From NCBI GenBank assembly GCA_963662285.2, contig CAXXMV010000008.1:1312001-1376000 (forward strand): DNA of 64,000 bases, read 5' to 3'. Origin of the DNA: a bacterium. GTDB taxonomy: Bacteria > Hinthialibacterota > Hinthialibacteria > Hinthialibacterales > Hinthialibacteraceae. A model generated the notes under the pieces. That model did not search any database, had not been told where the DNA came from, and saw only the letters and a program-made list of their open reading frames with translations. The position numbers and the translations under genes are program-made. Positions within the stretch are counted from its first letter, which is position 1, and each line of letters begins with the position of its first letter. Positions 58,930-64,000 of this stretch are shown here, piece by piece.

Positions 58930-61341
58930 TTATTCACTGCGTAACGTCTCCATCGGATCGATTTTGGCTGCTTTGCGTGCGGGGATGTAACAGGCCAAAA
59001 TCGAAATGCCTATCAGTAAGATAGAGATAAGTAAGTACGTTGATGGATCAGATGGTGTAATTCCGTAAAGAATACTGCTTAAAAATCGTGTAATAGCGAA
59101 CGCAACCACCAGGCCAATCGTGATGCCGATCAGGATTAATTTAATCCCCTGCCATACAACCATTGATATCACATCACCGAATTGTGCGCCGATGGCCATA
59201 CGAATGCCGATTTCATGCATCCTCTGGCTTACGGAATATGACATAATCCCATAGATACCGAGTGAAGAGAGAATCAGCGCAACAACCGATAACACCGATA
59301 CGAGAACCATGGTGAATCGATCCATAACCATTGTATCGGCGATGAGTTTATCCATCGTACGGACATTTTCTATCGGCATATCAGGATCAATGGCCCAGAC
59401 CTGTTGCCGGATGGCTGTTGAAAGCCGTTGAGGGTTGCCGCTGGTTCGGATAGCGAAACAGAGCGAACCGTCAGGGTGATGCAAGAATGGCACATACATG
59501 GTTGGCCGGTCTTCGCTGGTTAATCCGAAATGTTTGATATTGTCTACAACACCGACGATCTGGTATGTTTTAGAATCCCAGTCCGGTATCTTGATGAATT
59601 TGCCGATTGGATCGCCGATATTTTCATATCTCCGCGCCATGAATTCATTTATGATGATTCGATTGACGTCTGGATCTTCATCGTCGGAATTGAAATAGCG
59701 GCCTTTCAGCAAGGGTATCTTCATCGATTGAAAATACTCTGGATTGATATGCCGTATTTCGCCAAACTGAACATTGCCTTCACTCGACGCTTGCTGGTCT
59801 TGAATTTCAAAAGATAAGCCTGTTCCCCATGTAAGAGGAAGAATGCTGGGCGCAGCAACGGATTTCACACCGGGTAAGTTTTTAATGCGTTCCATGACAT
59901 TCCGGTAAAAAGCGAGTTTTTGAGAATCTTCTTTATATTTGGAACTTGTAAGCGGCAGATGAAAGGTCAACATATTACTGGAGTCGAATCCCGGATGGAT
60001 GCTTTGAACTCGAATAAAACTGTTCACCATCAATCCTGCGGCAATGAGCAGAATCAGCGAGAAAGCAATTTCGGCAACAACGAGATAGCGCAGAATTCTC
60101 TGGCTCTTTTTTCTTCCAACCGAGCCACGACCGCCTTCGTTCAACACTTCCGTTAAGTTGGTTTTTGTCATCTGCAAGGCCGGCGCCAGTCCAAAGAGAA
60201 TGCCGGTTATGATGCAGATGGCGAAGGTGAATCCAAGCACATAAGGATCGATGCCCACGCGGGTAACGAAAGGCCCCAATTCAGAAGGCAGAAGGCTTTT
60301 TAATAAATCGATGCCCCACAATGTAATCAGCAGACCACATATCCCTCCAATAAAAGAGAGAATGATGCTTTCGGTTAACATCTGGCGGATAACCCTCATA
60401 CGGGTGGCGCCCAATGATGCGCGTATAGTGATCTCTTTTTGCCGGACGCCCGCTTTGGCAAGTAACAAACTGGCCACGATTGAGCAGGCGAGTAAAAGAA
60501 CGAAAGCAACCGCTCCATGAAGAATGATAAAGGTTGTCGTCATTGCCCGAACCAATCGCTCAATCATCGGTTCGGTAAAAATGCGGTAATCCTTATTGGT
60601 TTCGGGATATTCCCTGGCCAAGTTGTTGGAGATAATATCTAATTCAGCGCGGGCTTGCTCTAGCGAGACGCCTTCTTTGAGCAACCCCATAGCGTTGTAG
60701 CGACGGACGCCGCGATTTTCCTTTACGCGATCACTGGAAAGAGGAATCCAAATTTTTGCTTCCCCTTCCATGAATCCCAACTCGGAAGGAAGGATTCCAA
60801 TAACCGTATAGGGGACGCCATTTAGAGATATTTTCTGGTTTAGGATATCTTTTTTGCCGCCATACCTGTCATTCCAATACCCATAACCCAACAGGACGAC
60901 TTTATCTTTACCCGGCTCATTCTCTTCTTCAGTGAATTGGCGGCCATAGATCATGGGAATTTCCGTCGTATTGAAAATATCTGATGTCATAACATATGCA
61001 GAAATCCGATCCGGTTCTCCATGACCAGTTACGTTGAAGTAATCCACCGTAATGAGAGAAACTGATTCGAGCGTTTGGCTGCGCTCAACTAAATCAAGAT
61101 AATTAGGGCCGGAGATGGCGGTATTATTTTTATCCTGCCCTTCACGAATCTCACAAACCCTTACCATGCGATCAATGTTGGGAAACGGCATTGGGCTAAG
61201 TAACATTGAATTGACCATAGTGAAGATGGTTGAATTAGCGCCGATGCCGATAGCCAAAGCCAGGATAGCCAGGCAAGTAACGCCGGGCGTTTTTAACAGC
61301 ATCCTGATTCCGTACCTGATATCCTGCATAAGAATTGTCAT
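58930..61341 (-). CDS. MacB-like duplicated ABC permease (ADOP-type), copy 2
   Basis: LAIGIGANSTIF, EITIRASLGA, EIGIRMAIGA and PARKAAKIDP. Confidence 0.92.
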   Translation of the reverse strand: MTILMQDIRYGIRMLLKTPGVTCLAILALAIGIGANSTIFTMVNSMLLSPMPFPNIDRMVRVCEIREGQDKNNTAISGPNYLDLVERSQTLESVSLITVDYFNVTGHGEPDRISAYVMTSDIFNTTEIPMIYGRQFTEEENEPGKDKVVLLGYGYWNDRYGGKKDILNQKISLNGVPYTVIGILPSELGFMEGEAKIWIPLSSDRVKENRGVRRYNAMGLLKEGVSLEQARAELDIISNNLAREYPETNKDYRIFTEPMIERLVRAMTTTFIILHGAVAFVLLLACSIVASLLLAKAGVRQKEITIRASLGATRMRVIRQMLTESIILSFIGGICGLLITLWGIDLLKSLLPSELGPFVTRVGIDPYVLGFTFAICIITGILFGLAPALQMTKTNLTEVLNEGGRGSVGRKKSQRILRYLVVAEIAFSLILLIAAGLMVNSFIRVQSIHPGFDSSNMLTFHLPLTSSKYKEDSQKLAFYRNVMERIKNLPGVKSVAAPSILPLTWGTGLSFEIQDQQASSEGNVQFGEIRHINPEYFQSMKIPLLKGRYFNSDDEDPDVNRIIINEFMARRYENIGDPIGKFIKIPDWDSKTYQIVGVVDNIKHFGLTSEDRPTMYVPFLHHPDGSLCFAIRTSGNPQRLSTAIRQQVWAIDPDMPIENVRTMDKLIADTMVMDRFTMVLVSVLSVVALILSSLGIYGIMSYSVSQRMHEIGIRMAIGAQFGDVISMVVWQGIKLILIGITIGLVVAFAITRFLSSILYGITPSDPSTYLLISILLIGISILACYIPARKAAKIDPMETLRSE

Positions 61342-61365
61342 TTTTATTGCTCCATCAGAGATTCT

Positions 61366-63828
61366 TTATTCACACCGTAGCGCATCCATGGGATCGACTT
61401 TGGCCGCCCGGCGGGCTGGAATCCACGCTGCCAGAATAGCAACCAACAAAATCGTAATTACGGATAGAGTCATTGTGATTGGATCATGGGGTTCTACACC
61501 GTAGAGTTGGCTGCGGATGAGACGGGTAAGCGCCAACGCGCATACTCCACCGATCAACACGCCTACTACTGACATTGATATAGCGCTTCGCAGAATAGGC
61601 CAGGCAATTTGACGGCGGGTGGCGCCGAGCGCCATGCGGACGCCTATTTCGCTGGTACGCCGCGCCACGTTATAAGCCATCAAACCATAAAGCCCGATGC
61701 AGGATAATAATACAGCCAGAAACGCAAGCGAGCTGCAGAGGATGGCGAACATCCATTCCTGGGCGATTCTTTTATCGCGAACCTGTTTTTGAGTGATCAT
61801 TGAGACAATCGGAACATTGGGATCGACCGCCGCCATCGCCTTACGGGCGGCGGCGCTGATGCCCGACGGGGGTAGAGCCGTACGTAGAGCGAAATACCCC
61901 TGGTGGAGATCACTCTGACGAAATGTGTAATAAACGGTTGGAGGGATTTCTCCTTTGATATCAGTATATTTCGCGTCGGAGCATACGCCAATGATGTTCC
62001 AATCGACTTCGTTGGAGCGAAGCGTCTGACCGATGGGGTGGACGTCTTTCAAGTAGCTGTTGACAAAGGTTTCGTTGACGATGATCGATTTGGGCGCTCC
62101 TTCAACATCGGTGATGGTGAACGGCCTGCCGATTTTTATGGGGACGTTCATGGTTTCGAAGAAAGATTCGCTTACTGTCAGTTTGTGAGCCTTAGGCCGC
62201 GCACCATCTTCGGGAGGATTATCGGGCAGGGTGAAGAAACCACCGCCGGACATCCATCCGCCTAGCAATGCAAACTGGGTGATGGCCGCCGATTGAACGC
62301 CGGGGATGGCGGCCAGTTCGGTCTGCGCCTGGTCGTAATAGGCCGTTCTTTTCTCCTGTTCGTAACCGGCGTTCCCCGGAGAGACTTGCAGTAGAAGAAT
62401 GTTGTCCATACGGAATCCTGGATTGATGTCAACAATGTTAACAATAGTGCGAACGTACAATCCCGCTCCGACGAGCAACAGCAGAGACAGGGCGACCTGA
62501 GCGATGACTAGCAGGCGTCCGCTTCGCATTCGCATGGCGCCGAGGACGCTTCGAACTTTCATACCGGATAGGGGATCGACTCTGGCGGCGCGGATAGCGG
62601 GAAGCAATCCCGACAAAACGGCTGTGAATACCATTACTACCAGAGTGAAGAACAGGACTCTTAGATCGAGTGAGGCGTCGTAGTGCAATCCCTCGCTCGT
62701 ACCGGCCATCAGCCGTGAGATTACGTCTTTCCCCCACAGGGCGAAAACGATTCCCAAACCGCCTCCCAATATGGAAAGCAATAGGCTTTCGGTTAGTACC
62801 TGACGTACGAGCCGCCAGCGTCCGGCGCCGATAGCAGTGCGGATGGCGAATTCGTGTTGGCGGACGGCGCCTCTGGCCAACGAGAGACCGGCGAGGTTGG
62901 CGCATGCTATAAGAATGACAACCCCGACCACGCCTAAAAGCAGTAACAGCGGTTTCCGGTAAAAATTCTTTTGACTGATTGGACCCGCAGCGCCATTAAT
63001 GATCTTCATTTTAGGTTCGGTTAACTGTTCATCGGCGGCATTGGCGAACGCGACGTCGAACGCGGCCTGGAACTGGGAGTCGTTTACTCCAGGCTTTTTG
63101 CGCGCCATCAGTTGCACCCACCAGTGATTGGCGTCTGTGTTCGCAAAATGGGGCGCCACTTGCGGCAGCGCATCCATCGAAACGTAGAATTCACAGGCGT
63201 CGCCGGGATGAATCCCCGGAAACCCGGACGGAAGAACGCCGAGAATGGTAAAGGAGTGACCTTGCAACAAGATGGATTCTCCAACGACGTTCGCATTGAG
63301 ACCGAAATGACGTTCCAACCAGGGATAGGAGATAACGACGCCGCGTGCGTTTAATGCTTCCCGATCATCCGGTTCGAATAATTGTCCCAAGAGGGGTTTG
63401 GCGCCAAGGGTGGAAAAAAAATTACCGGACACTACCATACCGTTCGCTGCGAAGGATTGGTTTTGAGCGCGGCCAGTGATCATGCGAAGATCGGTGTAAC
63501 AGAACACGTCCGCTTGTTCGGCGCAACGCTCGCGCAGATTTTCGTAGATGGGGAAAGAGACAGCGTTGCCAATGAAGCGACCTGGCGACTCTTCCGTGCA
63601 ACTTCCACTGACAGAAAACCGCGCTCCGCCGCCCGACCATTCGAGTACGCGAAGTTCGTGTGGATTGGGAACGGGAAGCGAGCTGAGCAGAACGGCGTTA
63701 ACCAGTGAAAACACCGCCGTACAGGAACCTATGCCCAAGGCTAAAGAGAGCACCGCGATTGAGGTGAAGCCCAGGTTCTTGGTCAACATACGGAATGCGA
63801 AACGTAGATCATACAAAAAAGTTTTCAT
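61366..63828 (-). CDS. MacB-like duplicated ABC permease (ADOP-type), copy 3
   Basis: [42 protein letters not shown] and [10 protein letters not shown]. Confidence 0.92.
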   Translation of the reverse strand: MKTFLYDLRFAFRMLTKNLGFTSIAVLSLALGIGSCTAVFSLVNAVLLSSLPVPNPHELRVLEWSGGGARFSVSGSCTEESPGRFIGNAVSFPIYENLRERCAEQADVFCYTDLRMITGRAQNQSFAANGMVVSGNFFSTLGAKPLLGQLFEPDDREALNARGVVISYPWLERHFGLNANVVGESILLQGHSFTILGVLPSGFPGIHPGDACEFYVSMDALPQVAPHFANTDANHWWVQLMARKKPGVNDSQFQAAFDVAFANAADEQLTEPKMKIINGAAGPISQKNFYRKPLLLLLGVVGVVILIACANLAGLSLARGAVRQHEFAIRTAIGAGRWRLVRQVLTESLLLSILGGGLGIVFALWGKDVISRLMAGTSEGLHYDASLDLRVLFFTLVVMVFTAVLSGLLPAIRAARVDPLSGMKVRSVLGAMRMRSGRLLVIAQVALSLLLLVGAGLYVRTIVNIVDINPGFRMDNILLLQVSPGNAGYEQEKRTAYYDQAQTELAAIPGVQSAAITQFALLGGWMSGGGFFTLPDNPPEDGARPKAHKLTVSESFFETMNVPIKIGRPFTITDVEGAPKSIIVNETFVNSYLKDVHPIGQTLRSNEVDWNIIGVCSDAKYTDIKGEIPPTVYYTFRQSDLHQGYFALRTALPPSGISAAARKAMAAVDPNVPIVSMITQKQVRDKRIAQEWMFAILCSSLAFLAVLLSCIGLYGLMAYNVARRTSEIGVRMALGATRRQIAWPILRSAISMSVVGVLIGGVCALALTRLIRSQLYGVEPHDPITMTLSVITILLVAILAAWIPARRAAKVDPMDALRCE

Positions 63829-63841
63829 AATATCAATTTTC

Positions 63842-64000
63842 CTATTCACAACGTAACGCAGTCATGGGATCAACCTTTGCCGCCCGGCGGGCTGGAATCC
63901 AGGCGGCGAGTGCGGAGACTGCTAACAACAAGACTGTTACGCCTATCATGGTTGCTGGATCGTATGGCTGGACTCCGAAAAAGACGCTGCGGATAAGGAT
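63842..64000 (-). CDS. MacB-like ABC permease, copy 4 (3' end only; runs off the right edge)
   Basis: Manual translation ...[46 protein letters not shown]. Confidence 0.88.
   Translation of the reverse strand: MLIRSVFFGVQPYDPATMIGVTVLLLAVSALAAWIPARRAAKVDPMTALRCE

Overview
Bacterial 64-kb accessory-type region with no ribosomal or replication core. The gene style (multiple 'AFTLIELLIVVAIIGILAAIAVPNFLNAQ' prepilin-like genes, Tat-exported hydrolases, MacB/ADOP permease array) suggests a Sumerlaeota/Hinthialibacter(OLB16)-like or PVC-like organism; this is inference only. From left to right: a partial STAS-domain gene, a GH33 sialidase plus 7TM sensor kinase, an ArsR-linked putative sulfur/persulfide cluster (DMT exporter, RND pump, DUF2892, an unannotated 54-aa Cys-motif membrane protein, CoA-disulfide reductase-rhodanese), metH, a metallophosphoesterase, a decayed IS110 that keeps a structured left end (candidate bridge RNA), an ECF sigma/anti-sigma pair, four prepilin-like paralogs among catabolic/transport genes and GTAG-type REP repeats, an IS4 remnant whose terminal repeat supplies the stop codon of a neighbouring kinase, a five-gene signalling cluster around tRNA-Thr(CGT), a creatininase-family gene, a sulfatase, a penicillin-acylase-family gene, an isolated two-gene nucleotidyltransferase-plus-unknown module (candidate TA/defence system), and a TolC-ABC ATPase operon with at least four tandem MacB-type permeases. 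All calls come from reading motifs by eye; no database searches were run.
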